From: Acidobacteriota bacterium
GTDB lineage: Bacteria > Acidobacteriota > UBA890 > WLXD01
Assembly (NCBI GenBank): GCA_965205505.1
Contig: CBDBHB010000009.1
Span: forward strand, 2,464,001-2,528,000
Length of the DNA: 64,000 nt
Direction of reading: 5' to 3'
Shown here: piece after piece, positions 19,251 to 28,764 of the stretch
Layout: every line of letters begins with the position of its first letter
How positions within the stretch are numbered: the stretch's first letter is position 1
Program-made: the position numbers and the translations under genes
Notes under the pieces: generated by a model
What the model was told of the DNA's origin: nothing
Databases searched by the model: none
Seen by the model: only the letters and a program-made list of their open reading frames with translations

Positions 19251-20683
19251 CGCCGCTGGCGACTAATTGGCTCGTCGTCATCGCCTACTTCGTGCTGACG
19301 CTCTGGCTGGGCGAGCGCGTCGGGCGTGGTCAGCAAACCGTCGAGGACTACTTCCTCGCCGGCCGTCGAATGCCCTGGTGGAGCACCTGTCTGTCGATCG
19401 TCGGCACCGAGACATCGACGCTCACCTTCGTCGGTGTTCCGGCGATTGCCTACGGCGGCGATCTGACGTTCCTGCAGGTCGCCATGGGATATGTACTCGG
19501 CCGCGTGCTGGTGGCGTGGTTGCTGGTGCCGGCCTATTTCGCGGGCCATACCGAGACGGCGTACGACCACCTAGGCCGGCGTTTCGGCTCCATCGTTCAG
19601 CGCGTGACCTCGACGCTCTTCCTGATTTCGCGTTGCCTTGCAGACGGCGTCAGGCTGTTCGCCACGGCGTTGGTTCTGCAAGCGCTGCTGCCGATGCCGT
19701 TGTGGCTAGCGGTTGTTGGTGTCTCGGGAGTTACGCTTGTTTATACGCTGCGCGGCGGGCTACGGGCGGTGATTTGGAACGATGCCATTCAGTTGATCGT
19801 CTACCTTGGCGGTGCGGTGCTGGCACTCGTGCTTCTTCTGTGGCGCATCCCCGGGGGCTGGGCAGGCGCGCACGCCGCACTCGAGCCACTCGCCAAGCTA
19901 CGAGTATTCGACTTCGCATGGAGTTGGTCGACCCCCTATGTGTTCTGGGCCGGCCTGATTGGAGGTGCCACGCTGACGATGGCTACGCACGGCACGGACC
20001 AGATGTTCGTGCAGCGTCTGCTGGCCTGCGGCTCGGCTCGGCAAGCGCGCCGCGCCGTGGTGGCGTCCGGTGTGCTCGTGCTGGCTCAATTGGCACTCTT
20101 CTTGGTGCTCGGCTCTCTGCTGTTCGTGTTCTACCAGATCCACGCGCCGTCGCCGCCGTTTGCCACCAACGATCAAGTATTTCCGCGCTTCATTGCCGAA
20201 CAGATGCCGGCCGGGGTGGGCGGGCTGGTGATAGCAGCCGTGTTCGCTGCCGCGATGTCGACGCTCTCATCGTCGATGAGCTCGGTCGCCTCGGTTGCGA
20301 CCCTGGATTTCGCGCGCCGCGGCCAGAGCCGGAGCGTCGAGTCGAGCTCGCTGCGCACCGCACGGTTGTATACCGCCGGAGCGGCCGTAGCGCTGGCCGC
20401 GGTGGCGGCGCTGGCGCGCGCGTGGGGGTCGGTGCTGGAGGCCGGATTGACGATCACGTCGATCACGTTCGGGGGTGTTCTGGGGGTGTTCCTGCTCGCT
20501 GGCACCCCTTGGCGCGTCCGTGAAACGCACGTAGCGATCGCCCTGCTGGCCGGTGTGGGCGCTGCGCTCTTCGCTCAGCAACAGACAGTTCTGGCGTGGA
20601 CTTGGTTGGCGCCGCTTGGTGCGACGGTCACATTCGGCGTGGGTGCCTCGTTTGTGTTGTTGTCGCCGACAGGCGAAATCTGA
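19247..20683 (+). CDS. Sodium:solute symporter family transporter
   Basis: DYFLAGR, ETSTLTF, GGLRAVIWND, GTDQMFVQR, AAAMSTLSS. Confidence 0.92.
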   Translation: MTPLATNWLVVIAYFVLTLWLGERVGRGQQTVEDYFLAGRRMPWWSTCLSIVGTETSTLTFVGVPAIAYGGDLTFLQVAMGYVLGRVLVAWLLVPAYFAGHTETAYDHLGRRFGSIVQRVTSTLFLISRCLADGVRLFATALVLQALLPMPLWLAVVGVSGVTLVYTLRGGLRAVIWNDAIQLIVYLGGAVLALVLLLWRIPGGWAGAHAALEPLAKLRVFDFAWSWSTPYVFWAGLIGGATLTMATHGTDQMFVQRLLACGSARQARRAVVASGVLVLAQLALFLVLGSLLFVFYQIHAPSPPFATNDQVFPRFIAEQMPAGVGGLVIAAVFAAAMSTLSSSMSSVASVATLDFARRGQSRSVESSSLRTARLYTAGAAVALAAVAALARAWGSVLEAGLTITSITFGGVLGVFLLAGTPWRVRETHVAIALLAGVGAALFAQQQTVLAWTWLAPLGATVTFGVGASFVLLSPTGEI

Positions 20684-20689
20684 TCGTCG

Positions 20690-21631
20690 ATGGCGAGGAT
20701 CGCGGTCGTCGGTGTGGTGGTCGACGATCACATTGTGCGGGCCGACGGCACCATCGTCCGTAGTCTCGGCGGTCTCGCCTACAGTGTCAGCTCCATGGCT
20801 GCGCTGGCCGGCCCGGACGTCGAGATCCTGCCGGTGTGCCGCGTCGCACATGCCCTTCGCGACCGCCTGTATGACGAGTGGTTCGCTTTCGGCAACGTCA
20901 ATGACTCAGGGCTCCTTTCCTGGACCGGACCGCCTAGCCGGGTGCGCCTCGAGTATCGGCACGGAGGGCGCATTGGTGGAGATCGCGAGGAACGGTTGCT
21001 TTGTCCGACCCCGCCGCTCGCCGCGCACGAGATCGATCTGGCGCTCGCCGCCGATGCGATTCTGCTCAACTGCGTCACCGGAGCAGTGCTCACCCCCGAG
21101 GCCCTGGCGCGGTTGACGGCGTCGAGGACTCCCGTTCATCTCGATGTACACAGTCTGGTGCTAGGAGGTGCTGCCGGCGGCCTCCGATACCCGCAGCGCC
21201 CCGCCGACTGGCGCCGCTGGATCGAGGTCGCCCACACGCTGCAGTGCAACGAGCAGGAAGCGATGGTGCTGGCTGGCCCGGCGGTATCGGGTGAAGCGAG
21301 CTCGGACCTGGTCGAGCGCTTCGTGTGCACCACGCTGGGTCAGCAAGTCGGGCCTCGCACTGTGGTGATCACTCGTGGGGCTGCTGGAGCGGTGGTCTTC
21401 GAGCATGGAGCGCCGGACGTTCGGGTCGCGGCGCCGGACGTGGAGGCCCTCGATCCGACTGGTGCAGGGGATACCTTCGGTGCGGCGTTCGTCGTGGCGC
21501 GTGTCGGCGGCGCCGACGCCGCGACGGCAGCGCGAGCCGCGGTCAGTGCGGCGTCGGCGGCCTGCCTGCTGTCGGGTACCGAGGCGATCGCATCGCTTCC
21601 GGCCATGATCGCCTCGCTCGCTGACCGGTGA
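20690..21631 (+). CDS. PfkB-family carbohydrate kinase
   Basis: SLGG, CNEQEA, ITRGAAG, DPTGAGDTFGA. Confidence 0.88.
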   Translation: MARIAVVGVVVDDHIVRADGTIVRSLGGLAYSVSSMAALAGPDVEILPVCRVAHALRDRLYDEWFAFGNVNDSGLLSWTGPPSRVRLEYRHGGRIGGDREERLLCPTPPLAAHEIDLALAADAILLNCVTGAVLTPEALARLTASRTPVHLDVHSLVLGGAAGGLRYPQRPADWRRWIEVAHTLQCNEQEAMVLAGPAVSGEASSDLVERFVCTTLGQQVGPRTVVITRGAAGAVVFEHGAPDVRVAAPDVEALDPTGAGDTFGAAFVVARVGGADAATAARAAVSAASAACLLSGTEAIASLPAMIASLADR

Positions 21632-21758
21632 CTCCGGGCGTCTACCGTCGGCATGTCTGCCGGCCTACGAAACCGCGGAGCGAAACGAACCGTATCCTAC
21701 AAGGAACAGCGGACCGATCTACGAGGTCGAGGCGCTCAATGGAACTTTCGGAGGCGGT

Positions 21759-22973
21759 ATGACGAGCAGATTTGCCAACCAGCTCCTGTCGAGGCGTCAG
21801 ATCGTGGCGTGGGCCACCGTCCTGGCGCTGCCCGCCTGTGCAGTGACCGTCTCCTCGGCGCCGCCGTTGCCGTTCGAATCCGAACGCCGCCTCGAGCGCA
21901 CCCTCGAGGTCGCCCCGGGGACCACTTTGCGGATCGAGAACCTTGCCGGCGGTTTCTCTATCGAGCGCACCGATAGCTCGAGCGTGGAGATCGAGGTCCT
22001 GGTGCATGCTGGGGGGCACGAACAGGACGAAGCGAACTCGCTCGCAGAACATATCCAACTGGCGCTCGAAGACGATGGCAACACGCGAATCCTGCGCGCC
22101 ACCTACCCGGTGGATGACTACCGGGAGTACTACTACCCGAGCGATCGTGAGTCGCACTCGTTCTTTGGTGTGTTCGACACGAGCAGCGCCCGGTTCGAGT
22201 ACATGGGCCGTCGGGTGAGGGTCTCGACCCGTCGTGGAGGACGGTCGGCCTCGGTTTGGGCTGACTTCCATGTGCGCGTACCGAGCGGGATACGGCTCCA
22301 GGTGCTCAACGCGGTCGGCGAGATTCAGTCGGCGTCGGTGAACGGCGAGGTCCGCCTCGAGGCCCATTTTGGCAGCATCAAGTCGCAGGACGGGGAGGGC
22401 TCGGTAACGCTAGATACGGGCAGTGGCAGCATTACGGTCGATGGGCATCGCGGTGAGGTTCTGGCGGATACCGGCTCGGGTCGTGTCGAGATACGCGAGG
22501 TCGTCGGCGACGTCATGGCCGATACCGGCTCGGGCGCCGTCAGACTTACGGGCATAACCGCCGAAGCGGTCGAGGTGGATACTGGCTCCGGCGGTGTGAC
22601 GCTCGATCGGGTCAGCGGTTCGATCTCCATAAGTACGGGATCCGGGTCGGTGCGCGCCGACGAAATCGTTTCCGGGGAGCGCGTCCTGGTTGATACCGGT
22701 AGCGGTAGCGTGCGGCTCAACGGCGACGTTTCGCGTGCCAGGAACATCCAGATCGAAACCTCGAGCGGTCGCGTCGAGATGCGCTTGCGGGCCTACCCGG
22801 CGATGAGCCTCAGGTTGAGCACCGGCAGCGGCGGCATCGACGTGGACCTGCCGGCGCTGGTCCTGGAGCGCGATGAGCGCGACCTTCTCGTAGGCCGTGT
22901 TGGCGACGATCCGATCACCCGCGTGGTCATCGACACCGGCAGCGGCAGCATCAGAATCGCCGAAGGCGGCTAG
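21759..22973 (+). CDS. DUF4097-like beta-strand repeat protein, exported
   Basis: N-terminal hydrophobic segment; about nine DTGSG/STGSG repeats; GGAGG upstream of the ATG. Confidence 0.82.
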   Translation: MTSRFANQLLSRRQIVAWATVLALPACAVTVSSAPPLPFESERRLERTLEVAPGTTLRIENLAGGFSIERTDSSSVEIEVLVHAGGHEQDEANSLAEHIQLALEDDGNTRILRATYPVDDYREYYYPSDRESHSFFGVFDTSSARFEYMGRRVRVSTRRGGRSASVWADFHVRVPSGIRLQVLNAVGEIQSASVNGEVRLEAHFGSIKSQDGEGSVTLDTGSGSITVDGHRGEVLADTGSGRVEIREVVGDVMADTGSGAVRLTGITAEAVEVDTGSGGVTLDRVSGSISISTGSGSVRADEIVSGERVLVDTGSGSVRLNGDVSRARNIQIETSSGRVEMRLRAYPAMSLRLSTGSGGIDVDLPALVLERDERDLLVGRVGDDPITRVVIDTGSGSIRIAEGG

Positions 22974-23248
22974 CGCTCCTGATCATAAGTACGGTGACGT
23001 TTGTGGTGCGCGCGACCGGGACGAATTGTAGGAGCGGCGACGAGGGCGATGCTGAGTGTATCGTCGAGGCGCCGCGACGCCCAAGGTGGCCGGTCCCGCG
23101 GCCACCCGGAGGGCAGGAGCGATATGCGGGCGATCTCGGCGTCAGGGCTCGTCGAGGATGGCTAAGGCATCGCCTTCCTCACCCTTCCTTGATCTCGCCC
23201 GCATCTCGCTCCTGCAAACGTCACCGTACTTATGATCAGGAGCACTAG
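22970..23248. mobile_element. 279-bp MITE-like structured element, copy 2
   Basis: 33/34 terminal inverted repeat; left CTAG contains the stop codon of the DUF4097 gene; 8 substitutions versus copy 1. Confidence 0.93.
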
Positions 23249-23273
23249 TTCCGCTAGACGTAGATCCTCACGT

Positions 23274-26200
23274 CTACTGCGTGAAGTACACCGTGACTGC
23301 GGCACGCTGATAGTTTTCGGTGGCTCCCGGAAGCATGAGTTCCAGTACCGCCCGCCCAGGACCGCCGACGATAACGCTGGTTGCCGCGATGCCCTCCACG
23401 GAACGCACCGGCCACGGCGTTGCAATTTCCACTCGATAGCGCCGCCCCGGGATGCCCTCGACGCGTAGCTGCAGCGCTCCGCCGACGAGCACCGACTCGA
23501 GCACTCGCAGCCCCGTGCTGGTAGCGCCTGGCTCCGGCGCCGGGAGAGGTTGCACCACCTCCGGATACGGGCTGTGACGGAAGACCACAGTGGCCTGCGG
23601 CTCGGTCAGGGTGACGGTAACCCGAGCTTCCTTCTCGTGCGGGTGGTCGATTACCGAAAGGCCTCCGGCGATCACGACACCTGTGGTGTTGTCGGGATCA
23701 AGGTTCACGAGCACGTCGCGCGGGAACGGCAACGCAAGCTCCAGTTGTATCGGGTCGTTGCCGGCCAGGCGGTCGATGGTGAAGCCGCTCGACTCCGGTG
23801 CGCGGAAGATCGCGACTCGAAAGGACTCCGCGCCTACCTTTACTGGCTGCACGGTGGTCTCGGTCCATCCACCGGGTAGGTGCGGGTAGATCCTGAGCCG
23901 CCCCTGTAGTGCGTCGGGTCGGATGCCGAGCATGCCCTCTACGGCCGGGAGGACGGCCATGGCGTGCGACGTCGCCTGATGAGTAGTTTCGCCGGCCAGT
24001 TCGTAGGTTTCGCCGTGCAGCGCCTCGGGGATGTGTCCGAGATTGCCCTGACGCACGAGTCGCAGGTTCTGGTTCAGGTTGAGGTACCCGGCCAGAGGGC
24101 GTCCATGGGCGTATGCGGCCAGCGATGTCCAGCCGGAGAACAGCGGCCATACCATTCCCTGGTGGTACCCGTTGGGGTCGTATGCAGGACTCGACCGCTC
24201 GATCAGCCGGGCGCCCCAATCGCTGGTGATATCGGAGCTTGCGAATCGCTCCAACAGCGGCCGCACTTTGGCCGCATCGACCAATCCGAAGTACATCGGG
24301 ACCGCCGGCAGGATAGTCGGAGCCGACTGATAGGCGCCGTCGGCGCGGAGTCCGTAAAAATAGGTGCGCGCCTGCGGATCCCAGAACCCCTCTTCGAGGG
24401 TCGCCTCGGCGCTGGCGCGCCGCTGTTGCGATAGCGCCGTGAGCTCATCATCGACCATCCACACGGCCATGCGCTCGACCGCTTGCAGGGCGGCTACCCA
24501 GAGGCTCGCAAGGTAGAAGGTAGTGTGAGCTCCGTAAATTGCTCCTTCCTCGATCCATCCATGTCCGACGGCGGTGTTCTCGATCAGGCCGTCGCCGTCG
24601 GTATCGGTGCTCTCGAGGAAGCGCATCGCGCGTCGGACGCTTGGCCACAGTTGGCGTAACAACTCTCGGTCGCCCGTGGCTCGGATATGGTGGTCAAGGC
24701 CGAGGAGAAATAAGGGCGTGGAGTCGGCGGCGTCATAGTGGATCGCCCATCCGGGTGATATCTGATGGGCGATCTTGCCGTCCACGTCCTGGTACCTGGC
24801 CAAGAAGCGGAGGGCCTCGGCGGTGAGGTCGGTGCCCCCGTAAGCGTCGGCGGCGAAGGCCGTCCACACGGCATCGCGGCCGAAGTACCAAGCGTAGCCG
24901 GGCCGGCGCAGGAAATCGTTGTCGCGGTGCCACGCGGCGGCGGTCGGATCGGCGCTAGCGGCGTACCCGGCGACCAGCCCGGTTCCCATTCCCGGCGTCG
25001 TGACGCGGAATGCATCCAGACCGACCGTGGCCCATCGGAAAGCCTCGTTGAACGTCGGATCGGGAGACGCGATCGACAGCGACTCGGCCAGGAATTGTCG
25101 ATAATGGTTGGCGTTCGCCGTCCAGGTGGCCGCCGGATCGCCGAGCAACTCGAGGTACGAGTTGCGCGCGGTGCTGTCATCGAAGGCACTGGCCACCACG
25201 AACGCCACGCCGGGCTCGAGGGTCGGATCGTGTGTGACCTGGAGCGACACGCGCGCGTTCTCCAGCTGGTTGGCAGACTCTCCCTGCGACGGCGGCGCGG
25301 TTGCTTCGAGCGCCTCTGCGGTACTCACGTCGAGCTGCCGGCCGCCGATCGTGACGCTCGACGCTGGCGCGCTGAATCCGGCATAGGCTGTGAACGACGC
25401 CGTCGGATCGCGCCACACCACCGCCGCTACGCCAGCATCCCAGCCCAGCTCGATTGGACCGAGGTGTCGCGGCTCTCGCGGCCACATCGAGGCATGATCG
25501 CTTCGCCAGCGTGCGTGCATGACCACGGGGGTGTCGCTTTCCACTTCGAACAGCGCCACGAGCCCGGGTCGATCGCGCGGCACAGCCAGGTGGGCGACGA
25601 TCGTGAGGTCGTCGAACGCGTATCGGAACGACGCGCCCTCCGGCCGGATGGTGAAGGTGATGCTCTGCGCTGCGGTGTCCAGCCATCTGATCTGAGCTGT
25701 GCCTTGTCGAGAGGCATCGCGACTGAAGCCGAATCGCAGGTCGCGCAACATGCGGAGCGGATATCCCCATAGCTCATCGATACGCCCATTCCGGGTACCG
25801 ACCACGAGCGCACGCGGACTGTACAGGTCGAACGGCGCGTTGTCGGCAACCTCCTGCTCGAGCGCGAGGCCCGAACGGGCGGCGGAGACCGCCTCAACCA
25901 CATCCGCGCGTAGCTCGGTGGCAGACTCTTCGGAGCTTGCCTCAAACCAGCGCGAGCCGGCCTGGCGAGGCGTCCAATACGTGGTTGCCCCGAGCACTCC
26001 CGGCAACTCCTCTGCTGTGGGCTCGGGCGAAACGGGCCGTAGATCGCTGCCACCCGGTGGAGGTGGCGGGGCGTCGCCGTCGCCAGCGGCCATCGTCCGT
26101 AGGGCAGGAAGGGCCACCGCTCCGGTAGAGGCAATCGCGGCCCCGGGCGGCGCCGGTGGTTGATCTCCACTGATGTAGACAAGCGCGTCGCGGGCAAACA

Positions 26201-26981
26201 GCTCCAGCTGCATGCGGTTGCGGTTGTCCCGATCGGCGAAGTACAGACCCTCGCCGATGACCAGAACGGGTCCGGCGCGGCCATCGCCCGCCGCATACTC
26301 GACGATCACGCGGTGCTCCGGGTTGAACCCGATGTAGCGTTTCCCGACCGCCACCACGGCGCCGTCCAGTGGCCAGTTGTCGCCGCTCCAGCGCACCGAC
26401 GCATAGCGCTTGTCGCGGTGCAGCACGCCCGTATACACGCCGCCCCAGAAGCGGCGCAGCAACGGGTGTCCACGGTAGCTCTGAAGACCGGTTAGCAGAC
26501 GTTCGTCGTCGGGCGTCCAGCGGGCCCAATCGGCGCCCAGGCGCAGGCCCACGTCGTCCGGAGGGTGGGCTTCAAGTTCCAGAGGCACAACCCAAGTGGC
26601 CGCGAAGAGCGACAACATCAGGGCGCCGCCGCCGCGAAGATGGGCACGCACAGCGTCGATTGCCGGTTGCTGCATGGCGCTTGTCGGCAGTGCGGCCGAG
26701 TCTGCGTGGTGCCACCAGAGCACGCTGCCAGGATCAGGCCGCGCAGTGGCGAGGTCCGACAGCTGCACGAACTCCGTTGCGAACCCCGGCTGGGCCTGTA
26801 GCCATTCCATCGCCGCCCGCTCCTCCTCGGGCATCGTCGGTTCGGCGGCATCGCTCAGAAACGTAATTGCAATGGGCTGGTCGGGGTCGAGCGACGAGCC
26901 CGTGCGAGCGGTATTGCGGCACCCGAGGATCACCACTGCGGCGATGGCGATCCCGGCGGCGAGCCAGCGGCGCTGAGTCAG
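23274..26981 (-). CDS. Large lipoprotein with a C-terminal (alpha/alpha)6 glycogen-debranching/amylo-alpha-1,6-glucosidase-like domain
   Basis: WYFGRDAVW, YDAADSTPLF, DTDGDGLIEN, YHQGMVWP, HIPE; lipobox signal (M)TQRRWLAAGIAIAAVVILGC if started at CTG 26981 (first GTG is at 26936). Confidence 0.8.
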   Translation of the reverse strand: MTQRRWLAAGIAIAAVVILGCRNTARTGSSLDPDQPIAITFLSDAAEPTMPEEERAAMEWLQAQPGFATEFVQLSDLATARPDPGSVLWWHHADSAALPTSAMQQPAIDAVRAHLRGGGALMLSLFAATWVVPLELEAHPPDDVGLRLGADWARWTPDDERLLTGLQSYRGHPLLRRFWGGVYTGVLHRDKRYASVRWSGDNWPLDGAVVAVGKRYIGFNPEHRVIVEYAAGDGRAGPVLVIGEGLYFADRDNRNRMQLELFARDALVYISGDQPPAPPGAAIASTGAVALPALRTMAAGDGDAPPPPPGGSDLRPVSPEPTAEELPGVLGATTYWTPRQAGSRWFEASSEESATELRADVVEAVSAARSGLALEQEVADNAPFDLYSPRALVVGTRNGRIDELWGYPLRMLRDLRFGFSRDASRQGTAQIRWLDTAAQSITFTIRPEGASFRYAFDDLTIVAHLAVPRDRPGLVALFEVESDTPVVMHARWRSDHASMWPREPRHLGPIELGWDAGVAAVVWRDPTASFTAYAGFSAPASSVTIGGRQLDVSTAEALEATAPPSQGESANQLENARVSLQVTHDPTLEPGVAFVVASAFDDSTARNSYLELLGDPAATWTANANHYRQFLAESLSIASPDPTFNEAFRWATVGLDAFRVTTPGMGTGLVAGYAASADPTAAAWHRDNDFLRRPGYAWYFGRDAVWTAFAADAYGGTDLTAEALRFLARYQDVDGKIAHQISPGWAIHYDAADSTPLFLLGLDHHIRATGDRELLRQLWPSVRRAMRFLESTDTDGDGLIENTAVGHGWIEEGAIYGAHTTFYLASLWVAALQAVERMAVWMVDDELTALSQQRRASAEATLEEGFWDPQARTYFYGLRADGAYQSAPTILPAVPMYFGLVDAAKVRPLLERFASSDITSDWGARLIERSSPAYDPNGYHQGMVWPLFSGWTSLAAYAHGRPLAGYLNLNQNLRLVRQGNLGHIPEALHGETYELAGETTHQATSHAMAVLPAVEGMLGIRPDALQGRLRIYPHLPGGWTETTVQPVKVGAESFRVAIFRAPESSGFTIDRLAGNDPIQLELALPFPRDVLVNLDPDNTTGVVIAGGLSVIDHPHEKEARVTVTLTEPQATVVFRHSPYPEVVQPLPAPEPGATSTGLRVLESVLVGGALQLRVEGIPGRRYRVEIATPWPVRSVEGIAATSVIVGGPGRAVLELMLPGATENYQRAAVTVYFTQ

Positions 26982-26986
26982 GAGGT

Positions 26987-28615
26987 CTACCTCGGTCTGC
27001 CAGGCACCCCGGCCATGCCGATGCTCATCCCGAGGCTCTCCAGCAGCGTGCCCTTTGCCTGCTCGAGCCGGGCGCCTGAGTTCATGTAGTTGGTAATCGC
27101 TTGTAGCTCAGAGGTGCGAGCGTTGGCGAGATCTCGCTGGAACGTGAGCACCTCGAAGTTCGTTGTCGTACCTACGGCGAACTTGCGTTCCTCGGCGTCG
27201 AGCTGCCGTTCGGCCAGCACGCGCGCCACGGTGGCCTGCGCTACCTGCTGGGCGCCGCTGGTCACCTGGCGGACGGCCTTGGTGATATCCACCCGGAGCT
27301 GCTGCTCCCGATCGGCGATCTGCACAAGCAACTGGCGCTCGTTGATGATCGCCTGAGCATGCTGTGCCTTGGCGGCCCAGTTGTTGATGGGGAACTGTAC
27401 CTGAAGCCCCACTTGCCAGTTGCGGAACTCGCCCGAGAACAGGTTGCGAAGCGCGTCCGAGAACCCGCCCTCTTGAACCTCGAGAATCTCACTGGAGCCG
27501 AAGCCGCCGCCCCGTATCAGGGTGTCGCCACCCTGGCCGGAAAGCACGAGCGAGCCACTGAAGTTCACCTGCGGTAGCAGCGCGTTGCGTGCAGTGCGAA
27601 CGCTGAGTGCACGGGTACGGACCCCTACCCGCAGGCTCCGAAGCTGCGGGTCGCGCTCGAGTGCCTGATTGATAGCCTCCTCGAGGTCGATGAGCTCGCC
27701 GGTGACCTGTGGCTCGTCGGCCGCCACCAGCGGCACGTCCCAGCCAACCAGCGTCCCCGCCTCTACGTTCAGCAGCCGTCTGAGGTCGTCGCGCGCGTCT
27801 GCCAGCGCCTGTCGAGCCTGGGTGAGCTGTAGCTCGTTGGTGGCCACCTGCTGCTCGGCCTGGATCGTTTCGATCGGCGCCAGAGTGCCGATCTCGACCT
27901 GCACCTTGTTGCGCTCGAACTGCTGCTGTGCCAGGTCGAGCGACAGCTCCTTGACCGCCAGGTCGTCCTCGGCGAAAACGAGCTGCCAGTAAGCCTCGTA
28001 AACGCTCAGCATCGTCTGCTGCACCTGATTGCGGAAGGTCTCCATGCTGACTTCGAGATTGTCCTGGGCAATCACGATCTGAGAGATGTTGCTTTCCCGG
28101 CCGAAGTTACGAAGCAGCGGCTGTGTCAGCTGGACTCTCAGCGTGGAGCTGAAGTTCGGGTTGAACGTCGAGAACGAGTTGGTGCTGAAGCGTCGTTGAG
28201 AGGTCCAATTGATTGAATAATTTGTTCCGTATTCCAGCAGATGACTGAAGCCGAACCCGCCCCCGAAGGTCTCATCGGTGACCACGTCGCCGCCCGCCAG
28301 GGTCGAGGTGCCCTGGCTAGTGTTGCGGCCAAAGGTGCTCGGCACATCGAACGTTACGGTCGGATCGAATCGAGCGCGGGCGGAGGTGATGTTCTCTGCT
28401 TGGACCTGCGGAGCAAACTTGTTGATGCGCACCTGGAGGTTGTGTCGCAGCGCCATCTCGACGGCCTCACGCAGCGTCAGCTCGAGCGTCGGCACATCGT
28501 CTTCCGCCATCGGGGCGGCCGCTGTTTGCTCCTGGGCCGAGGCAGGCAGTGGGCCCAGGACGGTCGCAACTACTGCGACCAAGCGCAAGATCTTGAGCGT
28601 GTGAGCTCGGATCAT
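26987..28615 (-). CDS. TolC-family outer-membrane channel
   Basis: Signal peptide; LTLREAVEMALRHN, LTQPLLRNFG, AYWQL, EERKFAVG. Confidence 0.9.
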   Translation of the reverse strand: MIRAHTLKILRLVAVVATVLGPLPASAQEQTAAAPMAEDDVPTLELTLREAVEMALRHNLQVRINKFAPQVQAENITSARARFDPTVTFDVPSTFGRNTSQGTSTLAGGDVVTDETFGGGFGFSHLLEYGTNYSINWTSQRRFSTNSFSTFNPNFSSTLRVQLTQPLLRNFGRESNISQIVIAQDNLEVSMETFRNQVQQTMLSVYEAYWQLVFAEDDLAVKELSLDLAQQQFERNKVQVEIGTLAPIETIQAEQQVATNELQLTQARQALADARDDLRRLLNVEAGTLVGWDVPLVAADEPQVTGELIDLEEAINQALERDPQLRSLRVGVRTRALSVRTARNALLPQVNFSGSLVLSGQGGDTLIRGGGFGSSEILEVQEGGFSDALRNLFSGEFRNWQVGLQVQFPINNWAAKAQHAQAIINERQLLVQIADREQQLRVDITKAVRQVTSGAQQVAQATVARVLAERQLDAEERKFAVGTTTNFEVLTFQRDLANARTSELQAITNYMNSGARLEQAKGTLLESLGMSIGMAGVPGRPR

Positions 28616-28764
28616 GCCGTTTCTCGACACTGTCTGGATGGCGCATGTAGAGACCAACCAGCCAGAGAGTCGCGTAAGGGCGAGGCTTTCGAAAGGGCGC
28701 ACGATGCCATCCTTTTCATCGGGAGACGGTCGCCCACCGCTCGTTGTTTCAGAAGACGAACCCA

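Noticed and set aside
22410-22950. Repeated gataccggc(t/a)(c/g)cgg units that could suggest a CRISPR or tandem array
   Set aside because: They are degenerate codons for the DTGSG protein repeats inside a CDS
23255-23276. tagacgt/acgtcta hairpin as a terminator
   Set aside because: Weak 7-bp stem with no U tract on either strand
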